A stretch of DNA of 61,676 bases from the NCBI GenBank assembly GCA_965203355.1, contig CBDBCT010000002.1:1-61676 (forward strand), written 5' to 3'. The DNA is from Candidatus Latescibacterota bacterium. Its GTDB lineage: Bacteria; Latescibacterota; UBA2968; UBA8231. Below the pieces are notes generated by a model that did not search any database, had not been told where the DNA came from, and worked only from the letters and a program-made list of their open reading frames with translations. The stretch's first letter is position 1. The number at the start of each line of letters is the position of its first letter. This document shows, in pieces, positions 1 through 9,341 of this stretch. A program made the position numbers and the translations under genes.

Positions 1-985
1 AAGTCCTTCGTCATCTGATGGTCCGGGCTGACCTCGCCCAAGGCCCCTTGTTTCGGCGGGTTCGCCGTGGCGGGTAGCTGCGAAAAGGGGAATTTTGTGG
101 TATAACCTCATACAGACCATATAGGTCTGGCTTGAGCGATGGGCACATAGTGCTTCAGAGCGAAAGCCAGTTTTACTTCCCGCTGGTGGGCGACAAAACG
201 CCAGTCGGAAGCACGGCACTGAAGGACCAGCAACCCGCGCCGACATTTCCTGCATCAACTGATACTCCGCTTGACGCACACTTTCGCTCTGATTGCGATA
301 GAGGATGTAGCCGTCAGTACCTCACCGTGAGGTACTGCCACCGACTTCAGGCTACCGCCGCCACTCGGCTTGTCGCGAGCAGGAGGAGTGTTCAGGACTC
401 ACTACGACCGCATAGCGGCTTGGCACCCAGCGCATGACCCGCTCGGCAAGGTAGCCATAGCCCAACCGCGGACCCTACCTAACAGAAGAACTCGCCGGCG
501 GCCCGGCTCACCCCCGGCCCCAAAGGCGTCCCACCCGAGGTTTTCGGCTCAGCTCAGGGCCAGCCAACGCCCCCCCATCGCCTAAGCCAATACTTATCCC
601 GCTACCACCTAGAGGCGGCAGTCTCCCGCCAGAAAGGAGATAAAAAAAGCGAGGCAAGCCTCCATCACGGCGAGATCGCCCCACCCAAGGGGAGATCAAT
701 GGCGGAGCCAACACCTCTTAGCAAGAGACCCCCACCTAATCATCACAGGGGCTTGCCCCTGTGAAAGGAGATTACCCTTGGACGACCCTTCACCGCGTCG
801 GCTCACCCTGTTGGCCCGCGTCTGTGACCCCATCGCGGCCCACCCATCCTCATCCAATCAGAACAAGATCACTATTGGTGGTGATCGCATTTAAGTCCCC
901 AAGAAAAAGGGACTTACGTCACTTACAAGCGTCAAACCGGACGCTTAGGCACCGTTTTTTCTTAACAACCACAAGGAGAACTATT

Positions 986-2389
986 ATGTCAAAGAGCATA
1001 TCAAGCAATAAACCCAACTGGGTCAATCGCACTATATGGACCGGCGACAACCTCGACATCATGCGGGGCATGAACAGCGGGTCGGTGGACCTCATCTATC
1101 TGGACCCGCCGTTCAACTCTAACCAGACATACTCAGCACCTATTGGCTCAGAGGCGGCTGGGGCAGCCTTCAAGGACACGTGGAGCCTGTCTGATGTTGA
1201 CGAAGCATGGCATGGCGAGATAGCCGAGGCTGAGCCTGCTCTATACACGGTCATTGATGCGGCGGGTATCGCCCATGGTAAGGGCATGAAGTCGTACCTG
1301 ATTATGATGGCACCCCGCCTGCTAGAGATGCGTCGCCTGCTCAAGGACAAAGGCAGCCTCTACCTGCACTGCGACGACACGGCCGGCCACTACCTCAAGG
1401 TCATCTGCGATGCGATCTTCGGGCCGAAGAAATTCCAGAGCGATATTAAATGGAAGAGAGTCTTCGCCCACAACGATTCCAAGTCTTTTGGGCGGGTTAC
1501 AGACTCGATCCTTTTTTATGGCCATCCCATCCATAAAGATGCGGTGCGCGTCCCCTTGGATCCTAAATATATCAAGAGTAATTATCGGCATAACGACCCT
1601 CAGCGAGGGCTCTATCGCGAGGCTCCCTTGACAGCTAAGGGGCTTTCAGGCCGTGGATACTATTATGACTTCCATGGCCATCCCGGCCCTTGGCGTTATC
1701 CCGAGACACGGATGCTTGAGCTGGAGGCAGATGGCCGCATCCATCTGCCTAAGAAAGAGAATGGGGTCCCGTGTCTCAGGCGTTTTTTAAGCGAGAACAA
1801 GGGGCAGGTGCCATCTAGCCTATGGACAGACATATCCCCGGTGCAGGGTAGTTCAAGGGAGCGTACAGGCTACCCCACGCAGAAGCCCTTGGCCTTGCTC
1901 AACCGCATCATTAAGGCGAGCAGTAATCCCGGCGACGTGGTGCTCGACCCGTTCTGCGGCTGCGCCACCGCCTGTATAGCGGCTGAGCAGAATGGCCGTG
2001 AGTGGGTCGGCATCGACCTGAGCGGCAAGGCGGCTGAGCTGATCAGGGTGCGTGCAGACAAAGAACTAGGGGGTGCTCCGGGTGGTCAGACGCTCTTCAA
2101 GCTGACGCACCGGACAGACACACCTAAGCGCACGGACCAAGGCAAGCTGCCACACTACCGGACGCATAAGCAGATACTGTTTGGGCACCAGGAGGGGCAC
2201 TGTAACGGCTGCCGCTTTGTGTTCCCGTTCCATACCTTCCACGTGGACCATGTCATACCACGCTCTAAGGGAGGAACTGACCACATAGACAACCTACAGC
2301 TACTCTGCGCGTCCTGTAACAGCCTCAAAGGCAGCCACCCCCATGAGTGGCTCATAGCTGAGCTAAAGAAGCAAGGCATAAGATACTGA
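986..2389 (+). CDS. Amino-DNA methyltransferase (beta class) fused to C-terminal HNH endonuclease
   Basis: DLIYLDPPF motif IV, YPTQKP, VVLDPFCGCAT SAM motif, then CNGC...VDHVIPRSKGGTDHIDNLQLLCASCN HNH. Start moved to ATG 986 after AAGGAGA RBS. Confidence 0.88.
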   Translation: MSKSISSNKPNWVNRTIWTGDNLDIMRGMNSGSVDLIYLDPPFNSNQTYSAPIGSEAAGAAFKDTWSLSDVDEAWHGEIAEAEPALYTVIDAAGIAHGKGMKSYLIMMAPRLLEMRRLLKDKGSLYLHCDDTAGHYLKVICDAIFGPKKFQSDIKWKRVFAHNDSKSFGRVTDSILFYGHPIHKDAVRVPLDPKYIKSNYRHNDPQRGLYREAPLTAKGLSGRGYYYDFHGHPGPWRYPETRMLELEADGRIHLPKKENGVPCLRRFLSENKGQVPSSLWTDISPVQGSSRERTGYPTQKPLALLNRIIKASSNPGDVVLDPFCGCATACIAAEQNGREWVGIDLSGKAAELIRVRADKELGGAPGGQTLFKLTHRTDTPKRTDQGKLPHYRTHKQILFGHQEGHCNGCRFVFPFHTFHVDHVIPRSKGGTDHIDNLQLLCASCNSLKGSHPHEWLIAELKKQGIRY

Positions 2390-2401
2390 GCACTAGCTTT
2401 G

Positions 2402-2432
2402 ACGGGGACGCCCGACCTAACAGCGTCCCCGT
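2402..2432 (+). terminator. Hairpin just after the MTase-HNH stop
   Basis: acggggacgc / gcgtccccgt 10-bp perfect inverted repeat; no strong U-tail. Confidence 0.35.
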
Positions 2433-2495
2433 TACGCCTCGTAAGCCCGCATCGAGCCATTCATACTTGTAGGTGAACTGAATAACCGCCAACCA

Positions 2496-2589
2496 AGGGC
2501 CTTGGACGCTTGCTATGACCGGCCTGCCCCTGTCTGTCCTCCGTCAAACAGGGGCGGGCACCAGGATAGAAGGCATCGTCCAAGGCCCT
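2496..2589. other. Nested long stem-loop (candidate structured RNA or miniature element)
   Basis: agggccttggacg (2496-2508) pairs with cgtccaaggccct (2577-2589); inner gcctgcccctgtctg pairs imperfectly with caaacaggggcgggc. Confidence 0.5.
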
Positions 2590-2639
2590 AACTACCAGGA
2601 GCGTGGACCGACGCCCTCGTCTCTAGCTATTTAGATTGG

Positions 2640-2727
2640 GTGTTGCCTGCTCACGTGGGGACCGGGTTCTGTCAGGGGCATCCCTGCATGTGGGGCGTGT
2701 GTTCCCCGCCCACATGGGCATGAACCG
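2640..2727 (+). CRISPR. Type I-E-like mini-array or solitary repeat
   Basis: 29-nt GTGTTCCCCGCCCACATGGGCATGAACCG (2699-2727) fits the I-E pattern GTGTTCCCCGC..GGGGATGAACCG; degenerate copy GTGTTGCCTGCTCACGTGGGGACC starts 59 nt upstream. No I-E cas genes in the window. Confidence 0.55.
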
Positions 2728-2896
2728 TGCCAAGCAGTACCGCTAGACCAACGCCCGCTAATACTAGTATTTTTTTGATTATAAACATATTCAAGTAATG
2801 CCACCGAGTAATGAAGGACTCGGCTTTACCTTCTCCCGCTCTATCCCAAAGGCCGCGGTGAATAGTCGCTTCAAAAAAGCATCTCTGCACCGGGCA

Positions 2897-3544
2897 TTAC
2901 TCATCAAGGTAGCCCACGAGGTCGTTGAAGTGTATGGCACCCCACTCGCGGCTGTCGGCCCCCTGGGCGTGGGTACGGGCCGCGTCCGGGTCGGCCAGGG
3001 TAGCCCGCGTCAGGGCATGGACCATGAAGAGGCTGTCGCCTATGACCGGGGCGGCGTCCCACTCGGACAGCTTGAGCGTGACCTCGCTGATGTCATCGTA
3101 GCTGGTCAGGTCGCTGACCGCTGCCAGGGTCGTCCCCTCCGGGGGGTGCTCGTCCCGGAAGAAGATGACCGTGTCCTCGACGACCGAGAAGAAAGCCCAC
3201 TTACTGTCGGTGCAGTGCAGGTAAGCAGGGTCGGCCTCCAGCTCCTTATGGCCGGGCAGGGCGACCACCTGCCGTAGGACACGCTGTCCCCCCTGCGTCA
3301 GCAGGACGGTCGTACCCACCCCTATCGCACTGATCGAGTCGGCCGGTGTCAGCGTCAGGGACGCCCCCTGAGCATGGTCGGGCGCCATGGAGCCGTCCGG
3401 GACGGTGAACGCCAGGACGCCCGCCCGCTCGTCGGCCCATGACGTGTCGGTGAGTGCCCGGCTAGTGAAGTCAAACTGAGCGGCGGCGGGGGCGGCCATA
3501 GCCAACTCCGCCCCTATGAGCAGTGATAATATAACCCTCATCAT
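2897..3544 (-). CDS. Hypothetical secreted protein
   Basis: Signal-peptide-like N-terminus MMRVILSLLIGAELAMAAPAAAQF; GC3-biased ORF. Start trimmed from the 300-aa ORF. Confidence 0.55.
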   Translation of the reverse strand: MMRVILSLLIGAELAMAAPAAAQFDFTSRALTDTSWADERAGVLAFTVPDGSMAPDHAQGASLTLTPADSISAIGVGTTVLLTQGGQRVLRQVVALPGHKELEADPAYLHCTDSKWAFFSVVEDTVIFFRDEHPPEGTTLAAVSDLTSYDDISEVTLKLSEWDAAPVIGDSLFMVHALTRATLADPDAARTHAQGADSREWGAIHFNDLVGYLDE

Positions 3545-3600
3545 ACTCACCGGCTGAAGAGCTTGTGGCTTGAGGCTTGAGTTATGATAGTTTTCTTTAT

Positions 3601-3918
3601 TTATCGGTGCGCTCGTTGGTGCGCTCGTTCCGCTGCTTCGTAAGCACTGTCGTGCGGTCCGACAGCTATTGCCCGACCTATGCCGTTCTCCATCGCCATG
3701 AAGACGAAGCGAAAATTTCGGCTCAAACGCACGGAGTACAGATGATTGCCGACTCTTAGTTGCTCTAAGTTCCGTCCGGGCGATAAATCGCCAGCGCATA
3801 GTTCGTCGATAACTCGTTCCAGATTTTCTTTCATTCTTTGATCTAAACGCTTGACCATTCTATTGAACTTGCGGCTCGGTGCTTCAAACCTGGTAATTCG
3901 CACCTGTCGTGGGGGCAT
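3601..3918 (-). CDS. RelE/ParE-superfamily toxin-like protein
   Basis: 105 aa, basic, F-x-R-x-x-K-R-L helix, LYSVRLSRNFRFVF strands, C-terminal VGPHDSAY. Confidence 0.7.
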   Translation of the reverse strand: MPPRQVRITRFEAPSRKFNRMVKRLDQRMKENLERVIDELCAGDLSPGRNLEQLRVGNHLYSVRLSRNFRFVFMAMENGIGRAIAVGPHDSAYEAAERAHQRAHR

Positions 3919-3921
3919 GGC

Positions 3922-4503
3922 CTATGAATCTTTCATGGCAGCCATGAATTCTGAGCCACTGGCGCATGTTCCACCCGTGCTTGGAGCGAGTGTCCCGTCG
4001 TGGATCATTATGGCCCAGCGCTGATCTTGCAGCGACGTAACGAGATATTCAAACAGCGTATCCAGGCGTTCCAGTGCTACAAAGACCTCGGCTCCGTGTG
4101 CTTCTACACCCCCGGTCCGCTGCAAGACATCCCGAATACCACGCAGTGCTTCTCTTTCCTCGCGGAAGTATGCCTCGCTTTTCTCCAATTCCGGCACGGC
4201 GATGTCGTCCGGATCCATTTCTCGGCTTGGAGAGAAATTTTTAGCCGCTTTTTGGATTCTCTCTTGAAAGGCGTTATAGACATTGACTACCGCATCGTGC
4301 CGCGCACGAAAGCTGTCGGTTAAGGTCTCTATTGCCTCTCGCCATTGGTCCCTGTTCTGGCTAGAGAGCGGGTCGGCAAGCCAATTCCGGCTTAGCTCCT
4401 CTAATGGTTCGGGAGGCCGCGCTAGCCAGATCAATGTTCCGGCGACATTGCGGACCGTTTCGCTGCTGAATTCAGCCATTTTCTCTTGAACGACCATGCA
4501 CAA
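3922..4503 (-). CDS. Acidic helical protein, putative antitoxin
   Basis: Ends 3 bp upstream of the RelE-like gene on the same strand; acidic and all-alpha. Confidence 0.5.
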   Translation of the reverse strand: MCMVVQEKMAEFSSETVRNVAGTLIWLARPPEPLEELSRNWLADPLSSQNRDQWREAIETLTDSFRARHDAVVNVYNAFQERIQKAAKNFSPSREMDPDDIAVPELEKSEAYFREEREALRGIRDVLQRTGGVEAHGAEVFVALERLDTLFEYLVTSLQDQRWAIMIHDGTLAPSTGGTCASGSEFMAAMKDS

Positions 4504-4584
4504 ACTCGCTTTCCGAAATCCACGATTTCATCTTTCAAGCTAAATTAACGGCGCAAGATGTTAGTGCAAATATATAGTCCAACT

Positions 4585-5400
4585 TCATACCGCAATGGCC
4601 TCCTCCCGAATTTGCTCGGTGTCGCGCAGGTCGGGGTCTGGCTCGTACTCCACTACGGCGGGCTGGCCGTTGACGGTGGCCGCGAACAAGCCGTGCAATG
4701 GATCGGCCTCTGTACCTTTCTTGTGGATCTTCTTGATGATGGGGGGTGCTGTCTCGCTGCGCTCGCCGCCTTCCCGCAGCTTCTTGATCTCGGCGACTTT
4801 GTACGCGCGGTTGGGGTCGGCTCCGGCGATCCGCAGGGGCCGCTCGACCGTTACTTTATGGTAGCCGAAGGCGGCGTTGTCGAAGGTCTTGCTCTGTTCG
4901 CTCTGCTCAAAGGTGAGAAAGGTGTCGCAGATGCGCTGGATGTCGTCCTCGCCGAGCACGCAGTTCTTCTTGCCGAGGTTCTTGCGCAGCGGCCGGTGCC
5001 ATTCGGTGGCGTCGATCAACTGCACCTTGCCTTGGCGATGCGCGGGCTTGCGGTTGGTGAGCACCCAGATGTAAGTGGCGATGCCGGTGTTGTAGAACAG
5101 GTTGAGCGGCAGGGCGACGATGGCCTCCAGCCAGTCGTTCTCGAGGATCCAGCGGCGGATGTTGCTCTCGCCCTGCCCGGCGTCGCCGGTGAACAGGGCA
5201 CTGCCGTTGTGGACCTCGGCGATGCGGCTGCCCAGCGGCGTGTCCCGCTTCATCTTCGAGAGCTTGTTGGCGAGGAAGAGCATCTGGCCGTCGCTGGAAC
5301 GGGTGACCAGCGAGTACTCTGGATCGCCAGCGTGCTCAATGACGAAGCGCGGATCGCGCATTTCCTTCTTGCCGCCCATGCGCTCTAAGTCGGTCTTCCA
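4585..5400 (-). pseudogene. hsdM: Type I R-M HsdM C-terminal fragment
   Basis: SDGQMLFL, EVHNGSALFTGDAGQGESNIRRWILENDWLEAIVALPLNLFYNTGIATY; N-terminal half including NPP motif absent; C-end truncated after DTEQI. Confidence 0.82.
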
Positions 5401-5412
5401 ACGCTCCGGGGG

Positions 5413-5570
5413 CCAAGCCGCTGGTGTGGAAAGCCGATGACTTCTGGAGTCGGTGGCCTTACTATCCGAGGCGGCCTACGAGTTATTCATCGCGGCGGTG
5501 TGCCGGACCGCTGGCCCGGCGATGAGGTTATGCCACAATTCTTGATGCCGAAAGGCGTTGAGCACTTCTG
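5413..5570 (+). repeat. Dispersed repeat with an inverted copy at 60614-60738
   Basis: ccaagccgctggtgtggaaagccgatgacttctggagtcggtggcc...gatgccgaaaggcgttgagc recurs as reverse complement near 60.6 kb with two short deletions. Confidence 0.85.
5530..5565 (+). CRISPR. Solitary type I-B/Myxan-like CRISPR repeat
   Basis: 36-nt ATGCCACAATTCTTGATGCCGAAAGGCGTTGAGCAC; the TTGATGCCG..AGGCGTTGAGCAC 3' end is typical of Leptospira/Myxococcus/cyanobacterial I-B repeats. Confidence 0.65.
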
Positions 5571-6178
5571 GTTATAAACCACTGACCGTGCCCCAGGCCC
5601 TACCACCGCACCCGCTAGCCGCGCTCCGTCCGTCCCCACGTTCCACCATCCCACCACCGAGGCCCTTGAAATCGCGCCCTAAGAACTAGTATTTAACTCG
5701 TGCAAATCACTCCATATATTTTCCAATAAGCGCACTGATTGGAGCCGAACAGACCGACCCACTAAAAAGGCCGCGGCGATGCAGCAACATCGCCGCGGCC
5801 GAGCGGCCCCTATTCACTACCTTGCGACAGGGGCTAGGGACCATGGCAGAAGCTACGCTTCCTCCCCCCGCGTTGGCAACCGCCAACGCCCCGCAGCACC
5901 CCCGAAGTTTCCCCCCCATCATCAACTGAGCAGACAGTGGCCTGCTCCGCTTTGCTGCGCGAGCAGCTAGCCCAACGCTGTGAGGCCACCGCCGACGAGC
6001 TAGCCGCCGATTGGGATGGCCGCGTGGACCACCTCCGCGCTCAGCCAGCAGGCACACCATGACCGCCGTCGTGATCCTGTACGCCTACTGGGCCGTCATG
6101 CTCTTCGTCGGGATTATGGGTGCGATCCGCCGCAGGCCCAAACGATGAATTCACCCCTCACCATACAGGAGTAAACCC

Positions 6179-6856
6179 ATGTCAGAGTTAGCTCCCATCC
6201 CTAACGACCGACCGCGCAAACGCCGCGTTGTCAAGTACGACCCCAACGACCGCCTTGAACGCTTGGGGCCTATGGCCGTCAAGGACACCGAGCTATTGGG
6301 CTACGCCATCGGCAACCCAGAACGCGCCGAGATGATCCTAGCCGACTATCCAAAGGAGATTTTGGTGGACATGACCCTAGAGCAACTCGTCGCCATCAAG
6401 GGCGTATCGCGCACGAAGGCCAAGAGCCTAATCGCCGCCTTCGAGTTCGCCCGCCGAGCTTTGCACAAGGGCTTAGGCGTCCGGCCCGTCATCTCGGCCC
6501 CAGGCGATTCGCTGTCCTATGTCATGGACATCAAAGACCAACAGCGCGAGCACTTCAAGACGCTGTTCCTGAACGCTCGCAATCAGGTCGTCCACGCGGA
6601 GCTAACGTCAATAGGCAGCTTGTCGTCTGCCATCGTCCACCCCCGCGAGGTGTTCCAGTGGGCCATCCAGTATCACGCCGCATCGGTGATCTTGGCCCAC
6701 AACCACCCCTCTGGCGACGTGTCTCCCTCACAGGATGACATCAACCTAACGCGCCGCCTGGTACAGGCAGGCGAGATCCTAGGGATTGACGTGTTAGACC
6801 ACATCATCGTAGGAGCCGACGACTTCATCAGCATGAAGGAGCGCGGACTGATCTAG
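6179..6856 (+). CDS. radC: RadC-family JAB domain protein
   Basis: HhH region, VHPREVF, LAHNHPSGDVSPSQDD, VLDHIIVG; AGGAG RBS. Confidence 0.93.
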   Translation: MSELAPIPNDRPRKRRVVKYDPNDRLERLGPMAVKDTELLGYAIGNPERAEMILADYPKEILVDMTLEQLVAIKGVSRTKAKSLIAAFEFARRALHKGLGVRPVISAPGDSLSYVMDIKDQQREHFKTLFLNARNQVVHAELTSIGSLSSAIVHPREVFQWAIQYHAASVILAHNHPSGDVSPSQDDINLTRRLVQAGEILGIDVLDHIIVGADDFISMKERGLI

Positions 6857-7117
6857 GTGATGGGCGTGGCCAGTTCGCCCACCGGCCCGACGACACCCGC
6901 TTTTGCCCGCCAGCGTTCCCAAAGGCGGCCCTGTCCGCTGCTCGTTATATTGAACTCATTGAGCAGGGCGTGATCCCGTGCCCTTGCTCGCAGATGGACA
7001 CCCCCGGCAGCGGAGGCCCACACAAGCCTATCCGGGCCGTGCGGCGTTTGGTTTCGCGCGGCCCCCAAGCCCCTAGCTGGTACGCATCACCCGATTCACT
7101 CTCATGGAGGGAGCCAC

Positions 7118-8119
7118 ATGCGCACATCAGACACCAACCAGCTCGTTACCACCGCGGCCCGCGGCCCGCTGGCCGTGCCCCTGAGCGAAGGTGCCCATCG
7201 ACTGATGGAAATATCTATATCGACCAACACCCGTAAAGCCTACACCGCCGCGCTGGATCGGCTGGACCGCTATCTCGAAAGCCTGCCCGATTCCACGCTG
7301 ACCGACGAGGCCCTGGCCAACTATCTGGCCCTGCTCCACGAGTACGGTCACCCTACCCAACTCGCCGACCACCAGCCGCGTCCCCTCTCGCCGCCAAGCC
7401 TAGCCTTGATCGTTCAAGCCGTCCGCTTCGTCGAAAGGCTGCAACAGCGGCCCTCGTCCGTGGTCGGCCCCTTGACCGAGCGCATCCTAGCCGGAGCCAG
7501 GCGCGCCGGCAAAGAGCGCGGCCGCGGCCAAGTGGCCGCCATCACCCGCGAATATCTGGCCATCATGGTCCGCGACGCTGAGCGCAAAGACACGCTGGCC
7601 GGTGCCCGCGCCGCCGCCCTGTTCCGCGTCATGTCAGACGGCCTGCTGCGCATCTCTGAGGCCGTGAGCATCAACTGTGAGGACATAACCGACGAAGCCG
7701 ACAGCTCCGGCCGCTTGCTCATTCGCACCAGCAAGACCGACCAAGAGGGCAAGGGCGCGGTGCTCTATCTCAAGCCCAACACCCTCCGCGCTATCCGACA
7801 CTACATGGACCGCGCCGAGATTGCAGAAGGACCGCTGTTTCGCCGGATGCAGAAAGGCGACCGGCTCGACCTCAACAGACGGCTGACGGCTGACGGCGCA
7901 CGCCTGATCATCAAAGCCGCCGCCCGCGCCGCCGACATCGAAGGCGCATCCGGCCATTCCTTCCGCGTGGGCACGGCCCAGTCCCTTTCCCAAAGCGGGG
8001 CCTCTCTCGTGGATCTACAAAACGCCGGCCGCTGGAAATCGCCCGACATGCCCGCCCACTACACCCGCCGCCAAGAAGCCGGCAAGGGAGCCGTCGCCCG
8101 CCTGCTCAAAGATGTTTGA
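7118..8119 (+). CDS. Cre-like tyrosine recombinase
   Basis: LLRISEA, SKTDQ, SGHSFRVG, AGRWKS...AHY catalytic set. Confidence 0.92.
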   Translation: MRTSDTNQLVTTAARGPLAVPLSEGAHRLMEISISTNTRKAYTAALDRLDRYLESLPDSTLTDEALANYLALLHEYGHPTQLADHQPRPLSPPSLALIVQAVRFVERLQQRPSSVVGPLTERILAGARRAGKERGRGQVAAITREYLAIMVRDAERKDTLAGARAAALFRVMSDGLLRISEAVSINCEDITDEADSSGRLLIRTSKTDQEGKGAVLYLKPNTLRAIRHYMDRAEIAEGPLFRRMQKGDRLDLNRRLTADGARLIIKAAARAADIEGASGHSFRVGTAQSLSQSGASLVDLQNAGRWKSPDMPAHYTRRQEAGKGAVARLLKDV

Positions 8120-8211
8120 GGAAACCATCCACATCATCGCCGAAGATGGGCGCATCGTGGATGTCGTCAGCCCATAGCAACCCTGCACTCCACGCCGACC
8201 CCGCGCCGGTT

Positions 8212-8385
8212 TCATCTATCCTCGTCAAAGTACTGGGCGTGTTTTAAGACGAGCTGGTCGCGTAGTCGCGCTAGCTGCTTGAACGCCTCGTCGATGGCGT
8301 GCCGGTCGCGGGCGTCGATCTTCTGGCCGTCGATCGTCACGTAGGGTATGCCCTCGTCGTCGTCGCGCTTTTGTCGCTTACACAT
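8212..8385 (-). CDS. Small hypothetical protein (57 aa)
   Basis: GGAGAGAGG RBS before ATG 8385; protein-like composition. Confidence 0.4.
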   Translation of the reverse strand: MCKRQKRDDDEGIPYVTIDGQKIDARDRHAIDEAFKQLARLRDQLVLKHAQYFDEDR

Positions 8386-8533
8386 AGAACCTCTCTCCAG
8401 TGTCTGAACCATGCCATGCCGACAGCAAGGCATAGGTCCGCTCGTTGCCTTTATCGGCACGGGAATTTCAAACGGATACACTAGCTAAAATTTAAGTCTC
8501 TTTCCTTTTTACCCCATACAAGGAGTACCCCTT

Positions 8534-8767
8534 ATGAAGGCAAAATTCATCACCGTAGTGCTGATCTACGCGGTCTCCCTCATCATCATCACCATGACCC
8601 TGCTGAGGACGATAGACCTGATCAAGGCGGTCGACCTGAGCACACAGCGTATGGATGTCTTGGCCGATGAGGTGAGTCATGCCCGCCAGGAGATAGGCGA
8701 CACGCTGGCGGAGCACACGCACCCGGTCCCCGAGCACGACCACTCCGTCCCTGAGCACACGCACTAG
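8534..8767 (+). CDS. Small membrane-anchored protein with His-rich tail
   Basis: AAGGAG RBS, N-terminal TM helix, C-terminal EHTH/EHDH/EHTH repeats. Confidence 0.55.
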   Translation: MKAKFITVVLIYAVSLIIITMTLLRTIDLIKAVDLSTQRMDVLADEVSHARQEIGDTLAEHTHPVPEHDHSVPEHTH

Positions 8768-9341
8768 CCTGCCCGCAAAAGGCCCCAGATCCACTAGATC
8801 TGCTAAGGGAGCCTACCACGACATACCAACAGGTAGTACCTAAGCACCCGGTCCTGAGCAGGCTGGCGGTGCTGCTTGAATCTCTACAGGCTCTATGGGA
8901 TGGTAGAACGCCATCCCGCAGCGGTCTTTGCTTTTACAGTGGAAAGGGACAGGGGGAGCATCTTAGTGAGGCTCCCCCTGTTACCTGTATATGTTTGGAC
9001 CGCTGGCGAGGTTATCAGGCTCGCCAGCGGTCTTTGCTTTTACTTGGCTAGGTTCTTGAGAAGCCTCAAGAACCTTGATGATAACGTACTACAACCTAAA
9101 AGCTGTAGTTACTACTATCGTAGCAAACTCCTTTCTGGTTAAAGGTGAGTGGGATGCGATAACGTTCTCAAGAGAACTCATCGCCAGAGTTATCCCAGAC
9201 GCCCTCAGGACCAGATAGAGAAAGCAAAAGCTGGTATACTAAATTGCCCAAAGAAGTTCAATTTTTTTTAGCCCCGAACAGTCATTATGGTTGGGGAGCG
9301 TACCCGGCGTCGGCTGATACAAGCCCCCGAAACGACGCGGG

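Noticed and set aside
761-985. Upstream extension of the methyltransferase ORF (likewise 35499, 37801, 40730, 13363, 21811)
   Set aside because: Better starts with RBS or translational coupling lie downstream.
4558-5388. 276-aa plus-strand ORF and similar antisense ORFs over large genes
   Set aside because: Shadow ORFs of GC-rich coding strands.
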